A stretch of DNA of 63,856 nt, counting the filler, from Octopus bimaculoides (lineage: Eukaryota): the NCBI RefSeq assembly GCF_001194135.2. It is 5 parts of 5 records of this genome, joined end to end, with 100 filler letters (N's around TTAATTAATTAA, not from the genome) between each part and the next. Parts side by side here need not be neighbours in the genome. Positions count along the whole stretch, not along the records: positions 1 to 29,683 come from NC_068984.1; 4 more parts are not named here. One strand, 5' to 3'. A program made the position numbers and the translations under genes. Positions 11,595 through 24,149 of this stretch are shown in pieces (the stretch's first letter is position 1; the number at the start of each line of letters is the position of its first letter). Under the pieces are notes generated by a model. It was given only the letters and a program-made list of their open reading frames with translations, made no database searches and was not told the DNA's origin.

Positions 11595-12360
11595 TAAATT
11601 GAGGTTATGAAAAGTAATGGTGTCAAGAAGATCCAAAGGTGTCAGGTAATGCTGAGTAAGTGATATGGACAGACTATAGTTAAGCTCCAGATTCGGTGAT
11701 TATGCGAATGAGGAGTCCAACGTAGGTTATATATCAACATGTGTATATATAAAAAAAATTAAGAGAATGAGATAAAAATCTAAGGCTGTGAAAGATTTCA
11801 GAACATTTATAAATAGAAAGTCTAACAGCTGTTTCTGGGATATTTTATATATCCCTTCATCGGAGATGGTGTGAGAAAATGGTTAAGCAATAGTTATTCT
11901 AGATAAGATATGAAATGGAGAAGTGGAGGAATGAAAATAGACGTGAGATATGCAGGGATATTGTATCTTCAGTTCCATTATTTAGGCAGAATGGTATACA
12001 TATAAGGTTCTTGTACCTTGTGATTCAGTTCCAATAGTATTTATAATTGGTCATTCCAAGCATAGAGTTTGTAAACGGTGTTATTGAATCGAGGGTGTTT
12101 TTTTAAGTGACTGTAAAGTTGGGAATGTGTTTGTAAGGTCACATCAAATTTTTCGAGATGGGGGTTATGTGGAGAGTTCTTATATAGTTTGAAGTTGTAG
12201 CTGTTGGTATTGTTGTCATTTCTGCATTTTTGATTGTCGTGGAAGAAAGTTTTCCATCTCATTCTTCGGATGAGGTCCTTAGTTTTGGTACAAACTTCAT
12301 TTATTTATGTAGTGAGACTGTTGATTAACAGCCCAGTCAAGATGGTATTCTCTTCATCTC
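11595..12360 (-). mobile_element. internally deleted Penelope-like element with pLTR
   Basis: TKDLIRRMRWKTFF N-terminal motif, a probable GIY-YIG C-terminal remnant, then a non-coding tail containing a hammerhead relic; tail repeated at 16553-16750. Confidence 0.7.
11821..11866 (-). ncRNA. degenerate type I hammerhead ribozyme
   Basis: TCT CCGATGA A GGGATAT-ATAAA-ATATCCC A GAAAC AGCT GT T AGA; core U4C, palindromic stem III ACAGCTGT. Confidence 0.65.
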
Positions 12361-13128
12361 CTACTCTTGTATTTGCACACATTTACAAAATGACTTTCTG
12401 AAATGAACTTCCATTATGCAGCTGAGGAGTACATTATCATTGCACATCTTATGTGGTGTTCTCACTACATAAATAAATGAAGTTTGTACGAAACGTACGT
12501 ACTGCTATAACTTAATACATTTTTGTTGCCTTTCTTCAATGCAAGAACAGATTCACCACAACTTAGTTCCCTGAGTATTTACTCCAATCAACAACAGGTA
12601 TTTCGGTTGGTGCGTGTGTGCATATACATGTGTGTTCGTGCATGCGCGCGAACTTGGCGCGTGCAAGTGTATGTGAGTGTACAAGAGAGAGAGGCGGAGG
12701 AAGAAAGGAAAAGCCAACTGTAGATTAGATGTGATTATTTGGCCTACTACAAGAACCGAGCTATCACTCTTGCCTGAGAGATCAGAAATGTGAAGAACCA
12801 GAATCTCAATAATTTTGCTTCAAGCAATGTATTTACTGTATTTCAGTGTGTACGTGTGGGGGAGGGGGGGGGCGTGCGTAGTGTGTGTGTGTGTCCTGCA
12901 TGCAATACCATATGAATGTATGCATATGTAAATCTGTGTAGCTCTGTTCATACACGTATACATATACGTATAAGGTTAGCTGGTCGAACTACCTTTATCC
13001 ATTACTGCTTGTCAAATTTCGGTGTTTCTTCATCTATTCTAACATCATTTACCATTCTCACTTCGAACCTTCAATTTCCTCAGACTAACACTCTTGTAGC
13101 CTCCCTGCGACAATCGTGATATACAGAT

Positions 13129-13300
13129 CTAGGGCAATTTCCTAAGCGTTAAGATAATGTACATACGTACAGACAGACAAACAGAGAGATAGACAGACAA
13201 GCAGACAGACGGATATACACACATACACTCACACATACACATATATATATATACGTACATATACACGTACATACGCACACATACACGCATGAAGGCAAAC

Positions 13301-13347
<47 letters not shown>

Positions 13348-13476
13348 CATACATACATACATACATAAATGCATGCATACATACATACATACATACATAC
13401 ATACATGCATAAATGCATGCATACATACATACATGCATGCATGCATACATACATACATGCATACATGCATACATAC

Positions 13477-13507
<31 letters not shown>

Positions 13508-13510
13508 CAT
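13129..13510. repeat. compound (AGAC)/(TA)/(TACA)n microsatellite
   Basis: Direct reading. Confidence 0.95.
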
Positions 13511-14182
13511 GATGGCCGCTTCTTCGTTCTCAAGTATAAGATGATGATGCCGGTGCGTCAAGTGATACCTGTGAGAATAACGCGTTTTAAAGTGAGTAGA
13601 GGTCTTGCATGCAGTGAACCCTACACTCTGAAAAACGAGGAAAGATACCCACAGAAGAAGGGAAATTAGCCAGCATTATTGGCTACCGTCAAGATACAGG
13701 TTTTACATAAGGATTTTTCTCCTCACTAGAGTGATATCCTAACAAGGACTAGGGCTCACTCACTTTCAGAAATGTGGTACACACCATTTCTAAATTCTCT
13801 TTTCATGGTTGTCTTCTGACGGAGCCTGTTCTACCTGTTCGTTATTGAAAACACGTCAATCTTCTGCACAGCCACTGTGTTTTCTGCACTATAGTCATCA
13901 GTTTGGCAATGATTGCTGCAGGAACTACTGTTCTTCATGAGAAATAGCAGGAGCAACCTTTGTACACAATATTAGATGGCTGTTGACTTTAATGAGTTCA
14001 TCTGTCCTTTGACATACTTTGGTTTTCATCTTACAGGGTTTCAAAGCTTCCTCCTCACTAAGCAAGTATAGTAGGGTTGTCAGTTTAGTAGCCGATCATC
14101 CGACCATACAGCAAGTTCTACAGAATTACATGTTACCAGTAGCACTCACAAGCGACCTAACATACGTACATACATACATACA

Positions 14183-15270
14183 TTCCTTGTATGATAACTT
14201 TAAATATATGCCCAAAGAAATCACACGACTCTACCGCAATGTATCATCAAATGAAAAGATGAGCATTTTTGAGCAGAAGACCATGCATGGATATGTTAGT
14301 AGAAAGCTCCGAGATGATAATAACATTGATCATCAAAGCAGTATATCATGGACCAATAACTGGATTACTACCTCCCACTTTGAAGGGTATGTGTTTGCAA
14401 TCCAGGAACAGGAAATATCAACCAAATACCTGATGCAGAAAAGGGATAGAGATGCAGGAAAAGCAGTAAAATGTGACAACCGATGCATACTTTGTGGAGT
14501 TAACACCGAAGATATCACCCACATCATAAACAGTCGTCCGAAAATGTCATCACAGTATTATCTATCGATAAGACATGATGTAGCTAGGACATTATAGAAT
14601 GAAATCCGTCGGAAGGACAACCCCGAGGACAAAGAAATAAGAACACACAGTATAGCCACTCATAATAAAAAGGAGTGATGGTGGAATATCCCAGTGAAAA
14701 CCCCAATAAAATGTAAGCACAACAGAGCTGATATAATGATTTAGGATGCAGAAGAGAAACTGTGTACAGTTGTGGAAATTAGTTGCCCAGCGGATGTTAA
14801 CATAAAGCTGAAAATCTGTGAAAAAAAGGATACCTACGCTAAACAATTGAGAAATTTGCAGTTACTCTATCCAGATTACAAGTTCAGGTTTATACCTGTA
14901 TTTATTGGGGTCCTGAGATATGTAACACACTGCCTAAATACCAATTTTGAGAAAATGGGCTTCTCAAAACCTGAAAGGAGAAAGCTGATTCGAGGAATAC
15001 AGATCCAATCCATCACTGAAACTGTAAAAATCTGTAAAACTTTCCAGAAGCTTATCATTTAAGTACATATGGGAATGTCTAGATATGTAGGTTTATGCAT
15101 GAGAATACATACAGAAAACAAAACATACAAATCTGCACATATACATACATACATGCATACAAAATACCCTGTTGTTGATGTTGAAATTCCAATGAAGGAG
15201 CTTTGGATCTAGGTTAGAAACCGGCTCTTTCTCTATAGGCAAGAAATCTTGAAATAAAACTGAATAATAT
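14183..15270 (+). mobile_element. 5'-truncated R4/Dong-like RLE non-LTR retrotransposon in (TACA)n
   Basis: FEGYVFAIQEQEISTKY, CILC..EDITHII..P zinc knuckle, HNRADIMI..VEISCPAD (PD-(D/E)xK endonuclease), TVKICKTF*; (TACA)n on both sides. Confidence 0.9.
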
Positions 15271-16469
15271 CATACATACATACATGCATAGATACATACA
15301 TACATACATACATACAAGCATACATACATACATACATACATACATACATACATACATACATACATACATTCATACGTAATTATATAGCGAAAACTTTGTC
15401 TTGAAGAGTAGCTTCTTCTTGGTCTGTAGTAGCTGCATCATAATCACGCCTGGAAGGCTGCATTCTTAATGTGCTCAAGTAGGTGATAGCTACAAAATAT
15501 TTCATCAATAAGAGAGATAAGGATTTCTCTAAGCATCCACTTTGTGATACAAAATAATGTCAATTTTACTAGTGTGATAAATATCATCATCTCAGTTTGT
15601 CCCCAAACTGCCTGTTTTTCTATGAAGCATAACATTGTTTACAGTAGTGGTATCTACAGGAAAGTTTGTTCCAATGGCCTAAACAAAATCCATTAAAAAT
15701 ATTTCTCTGTTTAAATTTGTCAAATATTTTGTGACCGGATGCAATTAAGACACAGTCACCTAAAATCTCATTCCCCTGTCTTAATCCTAACCTTTACTGA
15801 CATTCAGATAAGATCAAATATGATCGCTAATTCGTCAATCTTATCGATCTTTAGCTTCTTTTCTTCCTACCCTGCTGCACCTACTTTCAATTAAGACGAC
15901 AGAGCTATTGAAAATAAAGTGACTTGGCCATGAACACAATATAGTATTAGTGACAAGATACGGGTCATCGATATCTCGACTAGTTATTTAGTACTCTCTC
16001 AAGTCGGCCATCCAAGTTGTTGCTGTTGTTTTTCTCTGTTCAACCTGATTGAGTATACCTATGATCAAAAACATTGCAGCCGCGGTCATCCCGTCCATTA
16101 ATAACACTTTATCTAGAACTAAACTAGAGAATGCGGCCGTCTTTTAATTCGAAAGTGATTTCACTACATAATCTCTTACCCGGATTAAGATCGCCACGTT
16201 AATGTTTAGCGCAATCCTGTATATTGTAGCCATTCGAGTTAGGTCGGTGGGCTAAGAATAATTCACCCCTTTCTTACCACCTGTTTTGAAGGTCTATGGG
16301 CGTTGCACTTCTTACAGTAATTAAACTGTACGAAAGACCCAGCAACAACCGCGTAAAGACATTTCTTCTGTGCTTTCTATACATACATAATACACACATA
16401 CACATGCACATAATATATATACACATACACAAACACACACATACACACACACACGCACGCACACGCACG

Positions 16470-16552
<83 letters not shown>

Positions 16553-16557
<5 letters not shown>

Positions 16558-16750
16558 GAGCGGTAGTGGTGTCAATTAGACCCAGAGGTTTCAGGTAATG
16601 CTGAGTAATGCTATGGATAGACCATAGTTAAGCTCCAGGTTCGGTGATTATGCGAATAAGGGGTCCAACGTAGGTGATATATCAGCGTGTGAATATAAGG
16701 ATTTACTTTTCATAATGAGATTAAAAAAAAAAAACCAAGGCTGTGTATAT
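16553..16750 (-). mobile_element. partial PLE pLTR copy (paralog of 11595-11790)
   Basis: Shared blocks TCAGGTAATGCTGAGTAA, ATAGTTAAGCTCCAG, TTCGGTGATTATGCGAAT, GTCCAACGTAGGT. Confidence 0.75.
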
Positions 16751-16819
16751 GTTTTTATATCTCTTTATTCTATTCTTTTTCTTTACGCAATATCTTCATG
16801 CGACTTCTTTCTAATAAAC

Positions 16820-17600
16820 GCCTAGTTCTAAGTTTAACGTCTAAAATTGAAATAAATATTGCTTTTATCTTCATTAATATTGTTAAATGATTTTCTATCA
16901 TTGTTTTGAAAAATATGTACTTTTATATTAATTCAATTGGTATTTAATGTTAGCCGATACCTTATTTAACACTAAATTAATAGTATTAAGTTTATCATTT
17001 TAGTTTAAACCAAAACTTCGATTAGATTAGGGTTGCATTTTTTCCAATAATATTGTTTAATATTTCTTTTTGGTTTATAGGATAAATATGTTGTTTTTTT
17101 ATATATAATTTCTTTGATTATTAGTTAATATTCTAATTAAGGTTAAGTTAATAGTACAATATTTATAATTTTATTTAAACTAAAGATTCAATTAGATAAA
17201 TTTCGTATTTCTTTTCAATAATTTTGTTAAATGTTTTTTCCTTTATTTAATGGTGATATAATTGCTTTTATTTAAATTAATTTATAAATTAATTTTTTGT
17301 TAGTTTATATTAAAATTAATGTTATTTATTTTACGTTTATAATTTTAGTTTAACCTAAAACTTCGTTTAAATTGTATTTTAAACGAAAGATTCGTTAAGA
17401 TAAGATTCGTTAAGATAAGATAAGATAATATTTCTGTTAGTTTATATTATAATAAACGTAAAGTTAATTATAGCACGTTTATAATTTTTGATATGATTAG
17501 TATTAAATTTATTTTTAATAATATTGTTTAACATTTTTCTATCTTAATATAATAAGTATTCTTATATACATTCATTTGTTATTTATTGTTGGTAGATATA
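16820..17600. repeat. degenerate AT-rich tandem repeat, period ~172 bp
   Basis: AATAATATTGTTTAA-like motif near 16872, 17046, 17218, 17516; TTTATAATTTTAGTTTAA-like motif near 16991, 17162, 17336. Confidence 0.6.
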
Positions 17601-17867
17601 TATATTCTTTTTATTATTATTATTGTTGTATTTTGACCTGAAGATTAGCTATATTTTTGAATAGAATTGATTTTCGATCGATTTAATCGATTTGAATGTA
17701 TTTTATTTTCTATTTGAAAACTTTGTTTATGAAACACGTGTAGTCGTTTTATCATCATTATTTTATGATTTTTACTTTGTATTATATTATATTTATTTAT
17801 CGTGCATTTACTTATTAATTTTTCTATATGTGACTGTGGATTTTCATGGATGAGTTCNNNNNNNNNN

Positions 17868-17898
<31 letters not shown>

Positions 17899-18389
17899 AT
17901 TTATTGTCAGTGATGTACTGAGCAGAAAATGTGTTTTTTCTTTATCAGAATGTCAGAATGTTTATAGTAAAGGAACATGAAAAGGAGATTATAATGCGAA
18001 AGCCGTTTGGAAGCAGTTCAGTAGCTGTAAAAAGTGTTGTATTGATAATGATGAGAAAATGTATTGAGAAAATGATTGTATTCAGAGGTCGAATAAATAG
18101 CAATGTTATTTGGTAACCATATGAAGAATCTGTGGAAACAAACAGTATGATGCAAAATAACATAACGTGAAGTAATGCCATATATGAATTATTACATTGA
18201 TAGTGATTCTTTTTATTCCAATGTTGAAATTTTAATTTTTGTTTTTCATAATTCTGCTATCTATAATCCATCACTTGCATGTAATATGTATTTTAGTCTT
18301 AGGCAAATGCTTATAGATAAACGACCTATTATAAAACTGGGAGTTTAATAAATATATCCTATCAAGCTAGGATAATAAAATAAAATTAG

Positions 18390-19750
18390 AAACGTTATCA
18401 CATTTTAAGCGATTCTTTTTTCTATGTTGAGTTCGAAGAGTTGCTTTATGGGAGGGATATAGCCTGAACATTTTAACGCTATGTAGGCAGCACTCAGTTC
18501 ATAACCCATTTTGTTTCCTTTGTCAGCTTGTCTATTTACCTAGTACTGAGAACTATAATTCATATGAATCTGTTGATGAGAAAATTCTTACTTTTGTAAG
18601 AATTTTAAGAGGAATCCAATTCCAAGCTCTCAGAAGTTCACAGGCCGAATTCACTATTACTTGTACATGTCCACTTTCAGTATTTTCTCAATCCTCTCTA
18701 ATATACAATGGTTGAGTCGTGAATAAATTTTTCACTGAATTTTTATTGCAACTGCATGAAATTAATACTAAACCGCAAAGTTTAAAGAAATCTATTAGTT
18801 TGATTACAAGTTTTGAAAGTGAACGCGGCATCTTTCAACGAAATCTGGAAAGTAAAAGTTTCAAGTACTCTAAGAGATAAGAATTTTTGCTTCCATGTAT
18901 CTAAAAACAGCTGAATTACTTGACCATGATTCAACAATTGTAATTACTGTACATTAGTAAAGCAATAGTACAACATTGTAAACGCTACAACTTCAATCAA
19001 AAGTAAATTAGATTCTTGCTTCTACGACAACCTCACAGCTACCAAATTGATTCGCTTCGTCTCAATTCTCATAACACCATCAAACTCCTTCAAGCCAACT
19101 TTTGCATGCAGTATTTTCTGTGGTATAATACAATGAAAAGAAGCAAAGGTATGACCGACAGCTTCTGTAAATTACTTTACAAAACCATCATTACTGCGCA
19201 TCATGTTCGAGGTAACGTCAGTCGTAATCGCAATTAGTTTTGACAAACCTATTTGTCTGCCACGAAACATTTTAACAGGACACTCACTTATATCTTTTCC
19301 TGATGTGATTTTAAGCAAATTCTTTAATTTAATCAATTCCTCGTAAACACAATCTTCGTGAAAATATGGTGCGCTGACAGTTAATAAAACTGACGACGAC
19401 ATATCAATGGTCTCATAAAGGCAAATAAAAAAAAATGTCGCAGTTATTTAAATATATTTTAAAATGAGGAACTTAAAACTTTCCAAAAAAACTTCTCAAA
19501 ATACTTTTGCCGTTGAATAATGAAATAAGGAAAGTTCAAGAAAGAAATATTTAAAAGGAATGAATGCTTTTAAAGGGATATTTGTTTCAGATTTATAAGT
19601 AGCTGCCCTTAATTTGAAAAGAAAATGGCGGATCTTGAACTGGATGTATCGAATTTCAATAGAGGAAACAACTTACTCGTCGGTAATGAAAGCAATATTA
19701 AATTGATTCCAGAAAATAAAAGAAAAACAGGAAATATAAAGATGTTGCTT
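18390..19750 (-). pseudogene. hAT (SPIN/GTF2IRD2-like) transposase relic with internal inversion
   Basis: Minus: YEELIKL..TSGKDI..LSKLIAITTD..GFVK..FHC; plus 18702-18867: QWLSR..FFTEF..LHEINTK..IFQRNLESKSFKY; minus again: IFSSTDSYE..FSVL..IALKCSGY. Confidence 0.85.
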
Positions 19751-20476
19751 CACGACAGAATTATTTTTAGAACTTAAATCAAATACATTTAGAACTTAAA
19801 TCAAATACATTCATCTGGATCTATATCCAGATGAATAATATAGAAATAGTCAGTAGATGATGAACCAGAATAGTACCATGCATAAACACATACATACATA
19901 CATACATACATACATACATACATACATACATACATACATAAACACACGCACACGCGCACATGTATGTATGCTTGTTTTATCATTTTAGACTAAATGGAGA
20001 ACAGACGATGCGTCAACAAATATGAATTGCGAGAAGATATAATTTATCAATTTAACTATGTTTTTCATTCTTGTGAAAAGTAATTAAATAAATGCCTATA
20101 ATAAACAAGAAATATTCAATCGTCCGTACACGTCACTTTGCTACAAATATTAGTGGTCTGCAAGATAAAAAGAAGCTATCATTTTTACAACCCTACAGTT
20201 CTTATTCTTATTATGTGTTGTCATTTTTTTTTTTTTAATAACACCTAAAATAGTAATAAGGTTTCATCAGTAACTACTAACCAGTTGCTCAATTTGCAGT
20301 TATTAAATATCAGTCAATAAATATGAAAATAACAATATCCAGATATATACTGTGCATTGTCAAGCTAAAAATAAAAACGTACTTAATGAAGTAAACAAGC
20401 TCAGAAGACAAAAGGCAGCTACAAGAAGAAATATTTATATGTATCGCAGGCTAAACAAATCGATCAAATTGACACA

Positions 20477-21216
20477 TACGAGGTGAGCTGAAAAGTTCAT
20501 AGGCTGACTATGAAAGATTGATGCTACAGCTGTGAAATCTTGCATGTATTAGTTTCAACACTTCTTGTTAATAATTGCATTGTATCTTTGCAGGTAAATT
20601 GATATCAGACTGTGCAAATAACACTTTAAAAGTAACAAATAATGAGTTCTCTTGAAAATGGACAAAAATTTGGCACTGTTGTGTTATCAAGTATCTGCAG
20701 AAAAAGTAATTAGCTCACCAACAGCATTAATGTTGTCAAGGTTGCTACATTAGGGGATGATGCTCCAGAATTTATCAAGTGTGAAAGTGGGCAGCTGAAT
20801 TTAGGAGGGGATGGACGAGTCTTGATGACCCAAGGTCTGGACTCCTGCAGCTGCCATCACCGAAGAAAACATTGATTGTGTTCATCACATGGTGATGGAT
20901 GATAGGTGATTGACAATAAATCAAATATCCAATGCTATCAACATATCCTGTGAGGGGATTGAGAATGTTCTGCACAATGAACTCGGCATGACGGTGGGTG
21001 CCACGTCTTCTGACACCTGATCAGGCTGATCACATCACGGTTGATCACATCACGGGAAAATCTGACTTTGTTTGATGCAGATCCAGTTGGTTTCCTTAAA
21101 CATTTCCAAACCCAGGATAAGTGGTGGGTTGATTACTTTGAGCCAGAGACAAAGAGACAATCCATGCAGTGGAAATAGCCCTCCTCACCTGCTCCAAAAG
21201 AACTCAAGGTTATTTT
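20477..21216 (+). mobile_element. mariner 5' half (TIR plus transposase N-terminus)
   Basis: TA + CGAGGTGAGCTGAAAAGTTC end; DDPRSG, ITEENID, WVPRLLT, FEPETKRQSMQWK motifs. Confidence 0.88.
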
Positions 21217-21914
21217 CTCTGCAGGCAATGACTATAGAAAAACTATAGATAACAATTCAGTCGATGTCTTTATCCAGTTATATATACGAAACCGTAGTTT
21301 CAAAATCGGACCCAGTGTAATTCACGTAACTCCAATTTTGCATTTGAAATTTATGAAGTTTAAGAGAGAAAACATTAGTTCTGTACTTTATAAAACTTCA
21401 AGAAAAGTTATATTCGAATATATGCTTCAGTTCCTTGACGGTCAACCAGTGATCATTGAAAATGAAGGCATGCATTCAGGATTTATTTATATGGTGTAAT
21501 TAAACTCCGACTGAAACGATTCAATGGAAATTGTATGAAGTCTCTATGAGACAACTATTATTGTTCAAAATATTCCAACAGGAAATGACAATATTATATA
21601 TCTTCTTTTATTACATTACAATGTAGGTTACCTAATATGATATCTGGTGTGAGAGTGTTCAGAGTCTACTAGAAATATTCTACTAGTAAATTATATTGAC
21701 ATAGTAAAAAACAACGTTGATGAAAATGATCATAAAAAATGTAAAGTTGATGCCTATCATGATGGAAGAAATTAAGCAATTCTACAGTAGAGTGTTATAA
21801 GTTGTCCACATGAGAAGGCGAACAGAACACAAGACAATTTTTATATATTTTTGAGTTTCTTATAATTGAGGAACATGGAAAGTACATTTAAGTTTGATTT
21901 TCACAAAGCTATAA

Positions 21915-21980
21915 GGACACACTCTTAGGTGTCTCACGAAGGACCATATGGCCCTTCGTGAGACACATAAGAGTGTGTCC
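21915..21980. repeat. 66-bp near-perfect palindrome
   Basis: 31 of 33 positions pair with no spacer. Confidence 0.95.
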
Positions 21981-22642
21981 GACTTATGATACTGTAAAAC
22001 TGAGTCTTAAAACGGAAGAAACCCGAAGAACACAAAGTCACTTCATAGCCTTATGAAGTACCACAGTTTTCTTTTTCTTTTTTCGTTTAATTGCTTGAAA
22101 CATCACCTTAATGACAGATGCTCAGTTCTAGTTTCGTCTAACTGATTCCTTCAGTCTCTACCGAGCCAACCACTTCCTGCCATCTTAGATGTATCATAAC
22201 TCTCAAAAACATTGTTCATTTGTTGTTCATTTAGTATATCTGCCAAGTAGGAACCGTTTTTCGTTTTGCTGAGAATGGTATAAGAGGTGAGACAATTTTG
22301 GCTAAACCTACAGCAATAACGCATCAAATATTGCTTTTTCAGCAATATCTGATGTATTTTTTTTAATAAGGGTTTTATAAAGTTTATGGAATATCTTACC
22401 GAAATATAAACGGAAATGTTGATGAAATATTTAGCATTAAAAATAATTTCAAAAATAATCCTATTAATCACAGAAGATATTGATTCCAGTATATTGCTAT
22501 TTCTACGAGTATTCTATTTTTTACCCAGAAACATCCAGCACCCGAAAATATCACCAAAATTCAATTTCATCTCAGTTACCGTAAAGGTGTAAGTGCACGC
22601 AAACACACAGAAATATGTATGCAGGTATATTTATTATATTAC

Positions 22643-22767
<125 letters not shown>

Positions 22768-23072
22768 CATCGTCGTCGTTACGTTGTTGTTGCTGTTGTT
22801 ATATATTAATTGAAAATGTCAAAAATATTGCGCAGAAGTTAGGAGATATGGAAAATAATAAGAAGGAAATGCATCTTTCCTTTTATATTACAGGGAATTA
22901 ATTTCAAAGTATATTTTTACAGTCAAATACTTCCAAAATACAAAAATATACATTGAAAAACAGATAATCACAAGCAAATTATTTCAAAAGATATTACACA
23001 CACACAATTGTGTGTACATACATACATACATACATACATACATACATACATACATACATACATACATACATA

Positions 23073-23330
23073 GTTGGAGCACTAGGTTTTGTTAATAAAT
23101 GCTTAAAGGAGAATCTGGATAAACTGGGATTTTCAGAAAGAGAAATCGACCGGCTAATTCCTGCATTTCACGTCCACTCAGTGAGTGAAACAGTAAAAAT
23201 ATACAAGACTTTTCTCAAGTTCCAAATGTGAATTTGTCTGTGTTAACTATATTCCAAAGATGGAGCCTTGTATCTTTGTTGGAAACCGGCTCCCTCTTCA
23301 GTGGAAGATTTATAATTATTAAAAAATAGA
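23073..23330 (+). mobile_element. short 3' fragment of R4-like RLE LINE after (TACA)n
   Basis: VGALGFVNKCLKENLDKLGFS...TVKIYKTFLKFQM* is homologous to the 14772-15062 C-terminus; shares the 3' UTR motif. Confidence 0.85.
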
Positions 23331-24149
23331 AGAGACGTACATATCCAAAATTTCGATCAAATGCCCAACAGGATCTCCTGACGACAATGTAAACTTCTTA
23401 TAATCAAGGTATCTTTGGTCTGAAGAGTTACTTTCAGATTACCCATCGTTCAAATAATTTACTTCTTCCGAGTTTCTACTAGCTATGAAACATATGTAGC
23501 CTGGATTCCCTAAATTCCCTACTCCATTCTCTAAATTTTGGATGTTTATTCGCATATACAACAACCCCTGTTGCTAACCGTGAAGTATAAAATTAACCTT
23601 TTTTTTTAGCTTATCGTACTTCGTTCGATACAGGAAACATTCACAGTCTTCTGCGCCAATAAACCGTTAGTGTTCCTGAAAGTTGTTTTTTATATCTTCT
23701 ATGGAGTGCTTGAAGCTCACTAACGTCCTATACCTTGATCCTTGAATCTTACCTTTACATATATATATGTTCATATATATATATATATATACATATAAGT
23801 AGGGATGACGACTAGGTGGACATCCAATATGCTAGAAAGAGGTCATAAACGACTCAACCACAAAGAAAAATCATGCTCTCCAGAAAAAAAATTCAACAAA
23901 ACACCAGAGCATAGGCGGGCAGGACAAAATGGAAAAATATACAAAATAAAGAATTAATTGTGTACCGGTTTCGCCATAATAGAGCAAGAAGATAGACAAA
24001 TTCCATGCTGCCACTACTGTAGCTTAGAATATACTAAGCTTCACGAAAAGTATGAAAGTTTGTTGGTGTCATAGCTTGTAACGGATTTTGGTTCAGTTTT
24101 AATTTATTAGTCTTGTTTATCAATTACCAAATCCAAGACTTGTTTGGAA

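Noticed and set aside
2815-12360. TGA codons in PLE fragments as selenocysteine
   Set aside because: The fragments carry many other stops and frameshifts and I found no SECIS, so these cannot be distinguished from decay.
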